From an uncultured candidate division Zixibacteria bacterium (GTDB lineage Bacteria > Zixibacteria > MSB-5A5 > GN15 > FEB-12), in contig CAVTJJ010000004.1 of NCBI GenBank assembly GCA_963735035.1, positions 320,001 to 384,000 on the forward strand: 64,000 nucleotides of DNA, given 5' to 3'. The notes beneath the pieces are model-generated. The model did no database searches, had not been told where the DNA came from, and saw nothing but the letters and a program-made list of their open reading frames with translations. Of this stretch, positions 19,071 through 30,892 are shown piece after piece. The position numbers and the translations under genes were made by a program. The first letter of the stretch is position 1. Every line of letters begins with the position of its first letter.

Positions 19071-20129
19071 TTAGGCGGCCGCACACGGCTCATAGGCAAC
19101 GTTATCAAGCAGAACCCGCCTGACTGCCAAGACCAGTCGTCGAGCTACCGCCACTATGGCTCGTTTGCCGCCGGCACGTTGCTTGATCCGGTTATAGACC
19201 AGTTGTAAGTGTGGGTCCTTCCGAACGGCAATCCAGGACGATTCCACTAACAAGCCCCGAAGATAGCTGTTGCCCGTGCCGGTAATCCGACCCATCCGGA
19301 CATGATCACCGCTGGAATACTGCGAAGGTGTCAGTCCCACATAAGCCGCCAATTGCTCAGCCCGTCCAAAACGACCGACCTCATGCAATTCCAACAGCAG
19401 AGCCATCGCCGTAATAACCCCTATGCCGGGAACGCTACTTAACAGCCGAACTCGATCACGATACTGTGGCAGTCGTGACAACTCCCGCAACAGTCGTGTC
19501 TGCAACGCCAGCTGGTTACTTACCAGATCGTACATCTCCAACAACCGCTCGTAGCTCGCCTGAGCCCAGACATCTGCCAAACACACCTGTCTCAGACGCT
19601 CTAATAACGGACCGGTCCACCGACCCGTCCCACTGCACACTGAAATACCATATAAGGCCAACTCCGATTTGATCCGACTCTGAAGACGTACCCGATCTTG
19701 AACCAATTGACGACGACGACGTAAGACCTCTCGGTGACCCCGCTGACTCTCATCCGGAACCCAGACCTTCTTCAACAACCCTAACGACAGCAACCAGGCC
19801 AGCTTCCGGCTATCCCGCTTGTCCGTCTTCACCCGATTACCGTAGGCCATCGGCACCAAGCTCGGCGGCGTTACTACGCACTGACCACCCCACGCTACCA
19901 CACAGTCGTGCAGCCAAAAACCAGAAAAACCCGCCTCGTAAACCACGGACACACACCCAGGATCATACCGATCCAGCAAACACCGCAAAGACGCCCAATC
20001 CCCGTTAATGCTGCCACAGAACAGTTCCACTTCTAACGTCCTCACCGTGACAAACCACTGACGCTTGTGAACATCCACGCCAACAAAAACAGCACTTCCC
20101 ACTTCCGCTCCAACTTCGTACCTTCTCAT
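19071..20129 (-). CDS. IS110-family transposase/recombinase
   Basis: DEDD RuvC-like domain (GVD, YEA, KTDKRD); C-terminal SVPGIG...F...QLAAYVGLTP..YSSG; AGGAGG RBS. Confidence 0.96.
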   Translation of the reverse strand: MRRYEVGAEVGSAVFVGVDVHKRQWFVTVRTLEVELFCGSINGDWASLRCLLDRYDPGCVSVVYEAGFSGFWLHDCVVAWGGQCVVTPPSLVPMAYGNRVKTDKRDSRKLAWLLSLGLLKKVWVPDESQRGHREVLRRRRQLVQDRVRLQSRIKSELALYGISVCSGTGRWTGPLLERLRQVCLADVWAQASYERLLEMYDLVSNQLALQTRLLRELSRLPQYRDRVRLLSSVPGIGVITAMALLLELHEVGRFGRAEQLAAYVGLTPSQYSSGDHVRMGRITGTGNSYLRGLLVESSWIAVRKDPHLQLVYNRIKQRAGGKRAIVAVARRLVLAVRRVLLDNVAYEPCAAA

Positions 20130-20351
20130 CTGAGCCTCCTGTTCTAAGGATCTATCGTTGTCTTCAGACCACGATACGATACCTTGTCCGAACAGAGGCT
20201 CAAATCACGAACAGTATCATAGTTACTTGCGGGTGGGATTGTGTCGTGCGCCGAGGGTGGATTCAATCTCTGATCGGCAGGGTTCCATCCCTGCCGGTTC
20301 TTGTATCGGCCGGTTCGGTGCCCCAGCGCTTGCGCTGGGCTTGAAGAACTC

Positions 20352-20380
20352 TTGACGCAATCTGATTGTTGGGCTATTAT
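20352..20380 (+). promoter_or_regulatory. Putative sigma70 promoter
   Basis: TTGACG-N17-TATTAT upstream of the ORF at 20480. Confidence 0.5.
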
Positions 20381-20479
20381 TCCATCATGCGAATTTGGTG
20401 TGCGGGGCTTTGTCACGAAGACCATAAACTCACCTGCAAGCAGGTGAGCGACTTGGACAAAGAATTGTGCGGTGGCAAT

Positions 20480-21421
20480 ATGAGACATTGTGTGATGAGT
20501 CTTGTCGTGTGTTTCGTGGCGCTATGGGTAGTCTTGGCTTCGAAAGTGCTCAGCAGTGATGAGATCGGTAGTTTGGACATACGTTCCATACCTGGCAATG
20601 ATGATTATGGGTTGGCATCTGCGCACACGACTCCGGATGGCAAGCAGTTTGTATATTATCTTTGCGTTCGTGGCGGTAGCGACACGGTTGAGTATACTCG
20701 TGTGATTGACTCTATAATGTCCTGTGTCCCAATCAAACCGTCCGATTCGCTTGACCTCAGCTATCTCGCCTGCAAGAGTGACAGTGTCATTCTATTGGCC
20801 CTCGATATCCTTAAGCCGCATGTCCGGGATACACTGCTCACGCTGTTCTTTCCCGATTGCTCGATTGGAAAGATCAACACGTACTTCTTTTCCAGAAGAG
20901 AAGCATTGCTTGGGCTGAGCGGTCTTCTTCCTGACTCCACTGGTGAGCCATGGCATGTCATTATTGGCAGGATTACATCGCGGGATAGCATGGACACAAT
21001 CGCTTATGTTTCAGGGGGTAATTCCGTCACACTTTCAAGTGATGGCACCGAGGTGTTTCTCAACCGCTTCACCAAATTCGCTCCCAACACTATACCTACC
21101 ATTTCTACGGCCGTGTACGATCTCGTGGCCGATTCGCTCTTGGATCCGCTGAGCAAAGCAACAAACACTAGTGGCGCTTTTCGGTTAGCGCGTGAACTCC
21201 CGCTATACTACCTGAGAGCTGATCCGGTGTCCGGGACCAACGTATGGAGGTGGGATGCCATCAGGGGAGAAGAGCAGGTATCTCATTTCTTGTTACCCCA
21301 ATGGGTGACACGCTTCAATCTAACTAAGGATTCGGTTCTGTGTGTTGTTGTGGACCAATCCCATAAGACTGCTGGCGAACTAATTGTGTCTATCCCGCTG
21401 GAAGCTTCTGGTATCAAGTAG
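20480..21421 (+). CDS. Hypothetical secreted, beta-rich protein
   Basis: Signal-like N-terminus; less GC-biased codon usage than neighbours; no recognised family. Confidence 0.65.
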   Translation: MRHCVMSLVVCFVALWVVLASKVLSSDEIGSLDIRSIPGNDDYGLASAHTTPDGKQFVYYLCVRGGSDTVEYTRVIDSIMSCVPIKPSDSLDLSYLACKSDSVILLALDILKPHVRDTLLTLFFPDCSIGKINTYFFSRREALLGLSGLLPDSTGEPWHVIIGRITSRDSMDTIAYVSGGNSVTLSSDGTEVFLNRFTKFAPNTIPTISTAVYDLVADSLLDPLSKATNTSGAFRLARELPLYYLRADPVSGTNVWRWDAIRGEEQVSHFLLPQWVTRFNLTKDSVLCVVVDQSHKTAGELIVSIPLEASGIK

Positions 21422-21477
21422 TTGGTCGGGTGGGGGGCAATCTGTCGGTATCAATACTCATCCATAAACGAAGAAAT

Positions 21478-21630
21478 CGGCAGGCCCGGAGGCCTGCCGA
21501 CTCTTGCATCTACTCTGCGAGCGAACCCACAGCAAGCTGTGGGGTACCCATACATAAAAGCGCCGTCAGGCAGAGACGCCTGACGGCACGGTTACTTACA
21601 TGGGGCAGACCAGGAGGTCTGCCGCCCACA
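21478..21630. repeat. Cluster of four different REP-like hairpins
   Basis: CGGCAGGCCCGGAGGCCTGCCG, CCCACAGCAAGCTGTGGG, GTCAGGCAGAGACGCCTGAC and GGCAGACCAGGAGGTCTGCC, each recurring elsewhere in the window. Confidence 0.85.
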
Positions 21631-21637
21631 TATCTTT

Positions 21638-22978
21638 CTACAACAGCTCGATCTTCTGGCGATTCTTGGTCACGAGCTTTGTGGCGTTGCGTGTGTCAAA
21701 CACAGCCTTCGCGTTATCCACGATGAACTGATAATCATACTTCGTATGATTCGTCAGAATCACCACCAGGTCGGCCGACTTCAACGCTGCCGCCGTCAGC
21801 CCAACCGATTTCGCAATCCCGCCCTTCCAGCGGAAAGTCGGCACGTGTGGATCGTTGTAGATCACCTTCGCGCCGGCATCCTCAAGCAGCTTGATGACAT
21901 CCAGCGACGGCGATTCGCGCACATCCTTGATGTCCTTCTTGTAGGCGATCCCCAGCACGAGAATCTTCATCTTGCTGACGGAACGGGCGAAGCGGTCGTT
22001 CATCATCCGTCCGATACGGGCAACCACATACTCCGGCATGTTAGAGTTGATCTCACCGGCCAATTCGATGAAATGAGCGTAATAGTTCAGTGACTTCAGT
22101 TTCCACGACAGATAGTGCGGATCGATCGGTATGCAATGTCCCCCCAAACCTGGGCCGGGATAGAACGGCATGAAACCGAACGGCTTGGTCGCGGCGGCGT
22201 CGATGATCTCCCACACGTTGAGTTTCAACCGGTCACACATCAATGCCACTTCGTTCACGAGACCGATATTCACCGAGCGGAACGTATTCTCAAGCAACTT
22301 GACCATCTCGGCCGCTTTGGTCGATGACACCGGCTGCACCGAACTCACCGACTGCTCGTAAAACTTCTTGGCCACCAGGATGCAATCATTGGTCACGCCG
22401 CCGACCACGCGGGGCGTATTCTCAGTTTTGAATTTGGGATTGCCCGGATCGACGCGTTCCGGCGAGAAGGCGAGGAAGAAATCTTCGCCCGCTTTCATTT
22501 TGAGACTTTCGAACATCGGCAGAATCAACTCATCGGTTGTGCCGGGATAAGTAGTCGACTCCAGCACCACCAGCGCGCCCTTCTTGACATTCCCAATCAC
22601 CCAGTCCATGGCGGCCAGGATGAAGCTGACGTCCGGGTCTTTCGTCTTGGAAAGAGGCGTCGGCACGCAGATTGAAATCGTGTCCATCTGGCGCAGATGT
22701 TTCGGATCGAAGGTCGCCTTGAAATGTCCCGAGTTGACCGCGTTGGCAACAACTTCATTGGGGATGTCATCGATATCCGACTTGCCCGAATTGAGCAGTT
22801 TGACTTTTGTCTGGGCGATATCGAAACCGGTGACTTTGAAACCGGCCTCGGCCATAACCATGGCGAGCGGCAGTCCGACATATCCCAGACCGATAATGCC
22901 CACGCGGGCGGTACGGTCATCGATCTTCTTTATCAGCGCTTTAGCCGCCGGTGATTTTACGCGGGTGGCAATAGCCAT
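21638..22978 (-). CDS. Nucleotide-sugar dehydrogenase (UDP-GlcNAc 6-dehydrogenase, WbpA/WecC-like)
   Basis: GLGYVG, ICVPTP, ESTTYPGTT, SPER, PGPGLGGHCIP, D.RESP. Confidence 0.93.
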   Translation of the reverse strand: MAIATRVKSPAAKALIKKIDDRTARVGIIGLGYVGLPLAMVMAEAGFKVTGFDIAQTKVKLLNSGKSDIDDIPNEVVANAVNSGHFKATFDPKHLRQMDTISICVPTPLSKTKDPDVSFILAAMDWVIGNVKKGALVVLESTTYPGTTDELILPMFESLKMKAGEDFFLAFSPERVDPGNPKFKTENTPRVVGGVTNDCILVAKKFYEQSVSSVQPVSSTKAAEMVKLLENTFRSVNIGLVNEVALMCDRLKLNVWEIIDAAATKPFGFMPFYPGPGLGGHCIPIDPHYLSWKLKSLNYYAHFIELAGEINSNMPEYVVARIGRMMNDRFARSVSKMKILVLGIAYKKDIKDVRESPSLDVIKLLEDAGAKVIYNDPHVPTFRWKGGIAKSVGLTAAALKSADLVVILTNHTKYDYQFIVDNAKAVFDTRNATKLVTKNRQKIELL

Positions 22979-23002
22979 ACAAGACACTCCGTTTTCTTGC
23001 GT

Positions 23003-24945
<1,943 letters not shown>

Positions 24946-25138
24946 CTAGTCCTTCCACCCGGGGGCCTTGTTATCAAGCACTCATCTGTGCGGCCGGCCG
25001 GGATCACATGTAGCTCAGGTCAGGGCGAATATAGGTTCATCGGTATTGTCGGTCAACTCGAAAGGAAATAACAGTTTAGTCTGGGGAATTGACCCCGGAC
25101 AGTTCTAGTATATATTGTACCCTTCTGACTGAAAGGAG

Positions 25139-26131
25139 ATGCCTGTGCGGAACATCGTCCTGGCGCTGTCGGTTCTTCTGACGGCGGTTTCGACCTATTC
25201 GATCGACCTGAAAACCAAAGGAGCCGCTATGCCGGAACCGGATACCTACAACGCCGATTCCCTTTTGGCCGAGGCCGACAGCCTCTTTCAGCAACAAGAA
25301 TACGACAGCGCTCTGGCGCGGTACACCCAGGCCCTGGAAAGCGGCCGCAAGGAGTTCAACCGCCCGGTGGAAACCGAGGCTCTGGCCCAGATTGCCCGGG
25401 TGAACATTGCGACCGGCAAGCTCGACGAAGCACGAAAATGGCTGGCCGAAGCCGTTAAGCGGGCTTCCGACAGCGACCCACTCGGTTGGTCGCGCTATCT
25501 CAGCGTCAAGGGGCGGCTGGAGTGGAGAGACAACGATCTCAAGAAGGCTCGTACCACTTTCGATGACATGTACGTCTATTGCAACACGAACGCCCTCTGG
25601 TCGCGCGCGGTCGACGCCTGCAACATGATCGCGATTGTGGCCGACACTCCCGAAGAGCAGATCGAATGGTCGAAGCTCGGAATCAAAACGGCCGAGGCCG
25701 GTGGCTCCGAACACTGGCTCGGACCGCTCTGGAACAACCTGGGGGCCGTCTATTACGACAATAAACAGTTTGATTTGGCGCTCGATGCTTTTCTCCGGGC
25801 GCACGACTATCACTGGCATTATTCCAACGAGACGGCCAAACTGTTCGCCGATTATCATGTTGGCATGGCCTATCGCGCGGTCGGACAGCTCGACAAGGCT
25901 GCCCAGTGGCTGCGACCGGTACTAGCGTGGGCGGAACGACTGGAAAACCACTCAGCCATCGCCCAGGCATGTGAGGATCTGGGAGAGATTGCGATTTCTA
26001 CGGGAAAGAAGAGCGATGGCCTGGCGCTTCTGAAACGGGCCCGCGATGAATACAAATTGGCCGGATTCGATCAATCGGCTCCGGAAATCTGGACAAATAT
26101 CAACAATCGCCTGAAGGCGCTGGGAGATTGA
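25139..26131 (+). CDS. Secreted TPR-repeat protein
   Basis: AGGAG RBS; signal peptide; TPR-like helices (NNLGAVYY...ALDAF). Confidence 0.8.
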   Translation: MPVRNIVLALSVLLTAVSTYSIDLKTKGAAMPEPDTYNADSLLAEADSLFQQQEYDSALARYTQALESGRKEFNRPVETEALAQIARVNIATGKLDEARKWLAEAVKRASDSDPLGWSRYLSVKGRLEWRDNDLKKARTTFDDMYVYCNTNALWSRAVDACNMIAIVADTPEEQIEWSKLGIKTAEAGGSEHWLGPLWNNLGAVYYDNKQFDLALDAFLRAHDYHWHYSNETAKLFADYHVGMAYRAVGQLDKAAQWLRPVLAWAERLENHSAIAQACEDLGEIAISTGKKSDGLALLKRARDEYKLAGFDQSAPEIWTNINNRLKALGD

Positions 26132-26181
26132 TCAGCGATGGTTATCCACGAAGTGCCCAGCGGTATCGATTTGGTGAAATT

Positions 26182-28614
26182 CTAGTTTCCTCTCTGTTTC
26201 CGAATTTTCTTTTCGTATTTCTGTCGCCCCCTATCCTTCTTCTCTTGTCTGGCTAGGTTCTCGCGCAACTTCCGGTTCTCTTCCGCAAGAGAAGATATCA
26301 CTTCTTCTTTCTCATAAAGGCTTTGCTTCAGGAAACTGTGAGCGACGCCTTCGCGGACCCGCTCTCTGTACTGGGCGGCAACCTGAGCTGCGATAGTCAC
26401 GCAAGCACTGACCTCAGTCTGGTCAAGGTCATCCTCAGAGGTAGATCTGATACTGTAGAAACGCTCCTGAATTCCACGCATGCGAGCTTCATTTGTGATC
26501 TCGGCTAGTTTTGGAAAGTCGTGTCTGACGACGCTTCGATTAACAAGAAAGTCGCCAATCAACGCATCGAAATCCAGTGCGCGTTTTAGTGAAGCTGACA
26601 ACGCCGCGGAAAACAGCAGGTTGGGCATCTCGAGAGGGCTTGAGGCGACTTCGTTAGTAAGAAACAAATATGGTAGCATGAACTCGTAAAACTCCGGAGC
26701 TGTGACCAAGAAAGGATAATTACCCGCACCACCCCTTCTCACTCTAGCGAGCCCGAAGTCACAAGTAACGAAGATACTCTCACATTCCAGAGGAGTGCTT
26801 CCATGACAATCCAGTGAAGACAGGCAGTTTGCATCGTGCAGTACTTTTGAATGATACACTGACACCTGCCCCGGGATTTCTAATTGCTTTGAAACGGGGT
26901 TGAATCTCTTCTTGGCCTGCCAAACAAGGTCAAAGACGATACCCAGATCCGCTTGGTTCTTAAATGGTGCCAAGGTCTCATAGATCAGACCTCCATTCAG
27001 CGGAGATTTACTGGGATCCGAGAAGATGTTACTGCCAGGCATATCGCTGTCGGCAGCGACTTTATGCACAGAGACAGCATAGCGAAAATCATTCCGATAT
27101 GCACCTGGATTGGATGAAAACTCTCTCATGATCCAAGACGAGTCGGGCCGACCAATAATCGAGAGACCATGGTCGGACTCGTAGTTCCTCAAGGATGAAT
27201 CAAGCGAGTCATTGTACTCCTCCAAGCTTCTGTCGAATATGCAAATCTCCGCTCCCAAATCGGCAAGCTTGTTTAGGGAGAACCGTAAACTGTCTTGGAA
27301 CTCACTATATCCACACATTACTGCATAGAAAGCATTCGTGTCTAAGAATATCCTCTTCCCACGTATCGCATCTCGCTGTGTCTGCGCAAATTTCTGGTTT
27401 TGGTTTAGGTAGTAAAGCAGTAGCACATTGTGAAAAATCGCAGCAACATACATGTTGTCTCTGCTGTGATCGACAACCTGCCGGAGTGCTCTCAGAAAGA
27501 CTCCCTTCAAATAGTGGAATCTCTCGGGGTCGTTTGCTAATACAGGCTCAAGTCCCGACCGGACGATGTAGTCAAACTGGCTGCTTTCTCCGAGCCTCTC
27601 GAAGAGCGTCTGGCTTGATTGGAAGTAATTTGCCATAAAACGGATTTCCAGAAATACTGAACACAGAAATTCCTCCACGAGCTTACTTACATCTAACTTG
27701 CTCAGGATATCGGATACCTCAAGGCCACTCTCATTGGAGATTGCCTTTGCGACCCGATTGATGGTATCGGTTTTTGAAATGGCCAGGCTCTTTCTGGTTT
27801 GAACGAGAGCTTCCTGGGCTGATGTTGTCAGTTCAAAGTTGCCTTCCTCGTCCATTTGCAGGGTATCTGAAGCCTCGGCCTCTTCGATAATTTTCTTTTC
27901 TGTCCACCCACGGAGGCCACGTTTCTCCAACCACTTAGCGATGGCTGCCACATCCACTTTGCCACCCCTGCGCTCAGAAATGCACTCCATCATGAGAACC
28001 TGCAGAGAACGTGTCCTGACTTCGCTCCCCTTCGGATCAGCGATGAATAGAGCGTGGACCAGCGCGGAGTCCTCAACCAGCCTTGGGTTCGCATAGCTGG
28101 CCTCAAATATCTGCTCTTTTCTCTTATCGCTGATAGCGATAGTTCCGCGCCGGAGGAATTGTACTAATGTGGGGTCTGTTCTTTGAAGTATTCGACTAGT
28201 AACGCCGATCGTTCCTGGACCGAACCCCTTCTCGATCTTGCTTACAACCTCAAACGGCTCGCCGACAAGCTCCAATCTATCCAATATGAACTGTTCACTA
28301 ATTTCCCCAACGTCCATTACAGCTCTGCAGTCCGGCAGAGAAGGTACGAGGCCGCACCATTCTTTCATGAATTCAATTGTTGCTCGGAGGGCGACTGTTG
28401 GTTTCTCCAAGATCACGTGTATGCAATCACCCTGGGCACTGTAGATACTCCCCTTTGGATAGTTGTCTTCACCGTATGGATAACAGCATTTGACCTTTTC
28501 CAGTAGCTTGGCCAGCACTTCCTTCCGCGCACCTGTCGGATCGGAAGGATTGCGATCAAAGAACTTCTTGGATCCACACAGGTCAATCTTCACGATAACT
28601 TTGTGCTGTGCCAT
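26182..28614 (-). CDS. Hypothetical 810-aa protein: class III cyclase-like N-terminus, PIN-like domain, C-terminal coiled coil
   Basis: IVKIDLCGS, QGDC, RAVMDVGEI, GEPFEVVSKIE; RIFLDTN..EEY..HDA..FVTCD; atypical codon usage. Confidence 0.75.
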   Translation of the reverse strand: MAQHKVIVKIDLCGSKKFFDRNPSDPTGARKEVLAKLLEKVKCCYPYGEDNYPKGSIYSAQGDCIHVILEKPTVALRATIEFMKEWCGLVPSLPDCRAVMDVGEISEQFILDRLELVGEPFEVVSKIEKGFGPGTIGVTSRILQRTDPTLVQFLRRGTIAISDKRKEQIFEASYANPRLVEDSALVHALFIADPKGSEVRTRSLQVLMMECISERRGGKVDVAAIAKWLEKRGLRGWTEKKIIEEAEASDTLQMDEEGNFELTTSAQEALVQTRKSLAISKTDTINRVAKAISNESGLEVSDILSKLDVSKLVEEFLCSVFLEIRFMANYFQSSQTLFERLGESSQFDYIVRSGLEPVLANDPERFHYLKGVFLRALRQVVDHSRDNMYVAAIFHNVLLLYYLNQNQKFAQTQRDAIRGKRIFLDTNAFYAVMCGYSEFQDSLRFSLNKLADLGAEICIFDRSLEEYNDSLDSSLRNYESDHGLSIIGRPDSSWIMREFSSNPGAYRNDFRYAVSVHKVAADSDMPGSNIFSDPSKSPLNGGLIYETLAPFKNQADLGIVFDLVWQAKKRFNPVSKQLEIPGQVSVYHSKVLHDANCLSSLDCHGSTPLECESIFVTCDFGLARVRRGGAGNYPFLVTAPEFYEFMLPYLFLTNEVASSPLEMPNLLFSAALSASLKRALDFDALIGDFLVNRSVVRHDFPKLAEITNEARMRGIQERFYSIRSTSEDDLDQTEVSACVTIAAQVAAQYRERVREGVAHSFLKQSLYEKEEVISSLAEENRKLRENLARQEKKDRGRQKYEKKIRKQRGN

Positions 28615-28835
28615 CGGTCTCCCATCCTCTTTGCTGGACTATTTCTATCGCTGTTATTGCGTTCGTTCGTCAGGACCTCCGGTTCGGTGCATCTGAACTT
28701 ATAGACAAATTCAGCATAGCATGTTATGTCGCAACGGTCAACTGAAAATCTCCCGGTTTTGAGTTGCGGAACTGTCCTCTTGTTCAGTATGGTGCTGCAG
28801 ATAGCGTGAGCTGCCACTTAGAGAGGTAACCCAGA

Positions 28836-29796
28836 ATGAAGTATCGCAAGATCGGCAAGTACGGGATCAAAGTATCTGAAATTTCACTCGGCGCCTGGCT
28901 GACCTACGGCAATACGGTCGACGCCAAACGGACCGCTGAAATCGTCCACGCGGCCCTCGATGCCGGGGTCAATTTCCTCGATATCGCTGACATCTACACC
29001 AAAGGTGAAGCCGAACGAGTGGTCGGTAAGGCGATTGAAGGCCGTACCCGTACCGATCTGGTGATCTCCAGCAAAGTGTTCTGGCCGATGAGCGAAAACA
29101 TCAACGACCGGGGTCTCAGCCGCAAACATATAATGGAGTCGGTCGAGAAATCGCTCAAACGGATCGGCACCGACTATCTCGATTTGTATTTCTGCCACCG
29201 TTTCGACAAAGACACTGAGATTGAGGAAACGGTCCGGGCAATGTCCGACCTCGTATCCCAGGGAAAAATTCTCTACTGGGGAACGTCGGTCTGGGAAGCC
29301 GATCAGATCGAACGGGCGGTGGGTGACGCACGAGCGCTCGGCGGGTATCTTCCGGCCATTGAGCAACCGCGCTACAACATGCTCGACCGTCATATCGAAG
29401 ACGCCATCCTGCCGACCTGCGCTCATCACGGTATCGGAATGGTTGTCTGGTCGCCGCTGGCGCAAGGAATGCTTACCGGCAAGTACAACGACGGCGTCCC
29501 GAAAGGAACGCGAGGGGCCGATACGATGTGGTTGACGGGGCAACTCACCGAAGACAACCTGAACAAAGTAAAACAGTTGAGCGTTCTGGCGCAGGGAATC
29601 CGGCATGAGCCTCATACAGTTGGCGCTGGCCTGGATCCTGCGTCGGCCGGAGATCAGCTCAGCGATTGTCGGCGCCACTAGCGTATCACAACTGCAAGAA
29701 AATCTGACCGGTGGCGACGTCGTGCTGGACGCTGAACTCATAGCCAAGATCGATGCTATCATCGGCCAGATTAAGAGTACCCGGTTCAAGCTCTAG
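28836..29796 (+). CDS. Aldo/keto reductase (Kv-beta-like); +1 frameshift near 29595
   Basis: LGAW, DIADIY, SSK, DLYFCH and WSPLAQG; C-terminus QLALAWIL..AIVGA in the next frame; span is 3n+1. Confidence 0.88.
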
Positions 29797-29868
29797 GCCG
29801 TTTCTAAATGTGATTGAGGCCTTGGGCTTGTGACATATTTTGTCTGCGACGGGTCTACACTATCGGAA

Positions 29869-30075
29869 GTTGCGTCAGGTCTTGCCCCCGACTTTGTCGG
29901 GGGTGTGACCTGACGCGTGACCGATGACGAACGAGTTCGTCACGCCGTCATTGCGAGCGAAGATGACCCGCCGTCAGGCGGGACGTCGTAGCGCGGCAAT
30001 CTCATAGTCGTTGGAGCGGCACCAATTGAGTTCGCCACGTCTCGCCCACGAAGCGCGGTCGAGACTCGCGATGAC
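29869..30075. repeat. REP hairpin plus the 129-bp element
   Basis: GCGTCAGGTC...GACCTGACGC (also at 35011), then a copy of the 18144 element at 29947-30075. Confidence 0.88.
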
Positions 30076-30159
30076 AAACCCGGGACCTGTCACAACAAAT
30101 GGACATCGACCTTCCACCCAAACTGGTGGAATAGACTGCTATTTGCAAAGGAGATAGAC

Positions 30160-30663
30160 ATGTTTCACACCATCGAAGAATTCACTCTAGGCTGGAATTA
30201 TGAATCACAGGGTACCCAGAAGCTCCTGGATCAACTGACGGACAAATCCCTCGCCCAGGCGGTGGCGAAGGATCATCGCACGATTGGGCGAATCGCCTGG
30301 CATATCACCACGGCCATCCCCGAAATGATGGGGCATACCGGATTGAGACTTCCGGCCGTTGATGCTTCCGCGCCCGTTCCGAAAACCGCGGCCGAGATCG
30401 GGAAGGCGTATGCGGCCGTCTCGAAGCAGTTGCTGGAACAGGTCAAGGCCAACTGGAAGGATGCCACGCTGCTAACCGTCGATGAAATGTATGGCGAGAA
30501 GTGGCCACGCGGCATGACTCTGGATGTGCTTATCAAGCACCAGACACATCATCGTGGCCAGTTGACCGTGCTTATCCGCCAGGCTGGATTGCCGGTACCC
30601 GGCGTTTATGGTCCGTCGAAGGAAGAATGGGTCAAGTACGGTGCCCCGGCCCCGGAGATCTAG
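30160..30663 (+). CDS. DinB-family protein
   Basis: RIAWH and HQTHHRGQL...G.YG motifs; AGGAG RBS. Confidence 0.9.
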   Translation: MFHTIEEFTLGWNYESQGTQKLLDQLTDKSLAQAVAKDHRTIGRIAWHITTAIPEMMGHTGLRLPAVDASAPVPKTAAEIGKAYAAVSKQLLEQVKANWKDATLLTVDEMYGEKWPRGMTLDVLIKHQTHHRGQLTVLIRQAGLPVPGVYGPSKEEWVKYGAPAPEI

Positions 30664-30683
30664 GCGGCGATCATACGATCAAC

Positions 30684-30846
30684 GTAGGGCAGAACCCGAG
30701 CCTGTCGCGGGCGAGCGGTTCTGCCATCGTCGGCAGGTTCGAAGACGGACCTGCCCTACGGTCTGTTGCCAATCCGCAAGTCATGCTGAGCTTGTCGAAG
30801 CATGACGGGTAATTGAAAGGTCACCCTTCGACAGGTTCAGGGTGAC
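30684..30846. repeat. REP cluster (GTAG-type and GTCA-type)
   Basis: GTAGGGCAG...CTGCC and CTGCCCTAC; GTCATGCTGAGCTTGTCGAAGCATG (inverted copy near 7285); CCCTTCGACAGGTTCAGGGTGAC (related copy at 34973). Confidence 0.8.
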
Positions 30847-30892
30847 TAAGTATATTGCTTCTTTAGAGATACACATACCGACCTGGTTGTAT

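Larger units (their letters stand above)
18858..20230 (-). mobile_element. Complete IS110-family (IS1111-type) insertion sequence
   Basis: Transposase; near-terminal IR CTATGTACTGT (18860) / ACAGTATCATAG (20211-20222); TGC core at both ends; flanks reconstitute a palindrome. Confidence 0.9.
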
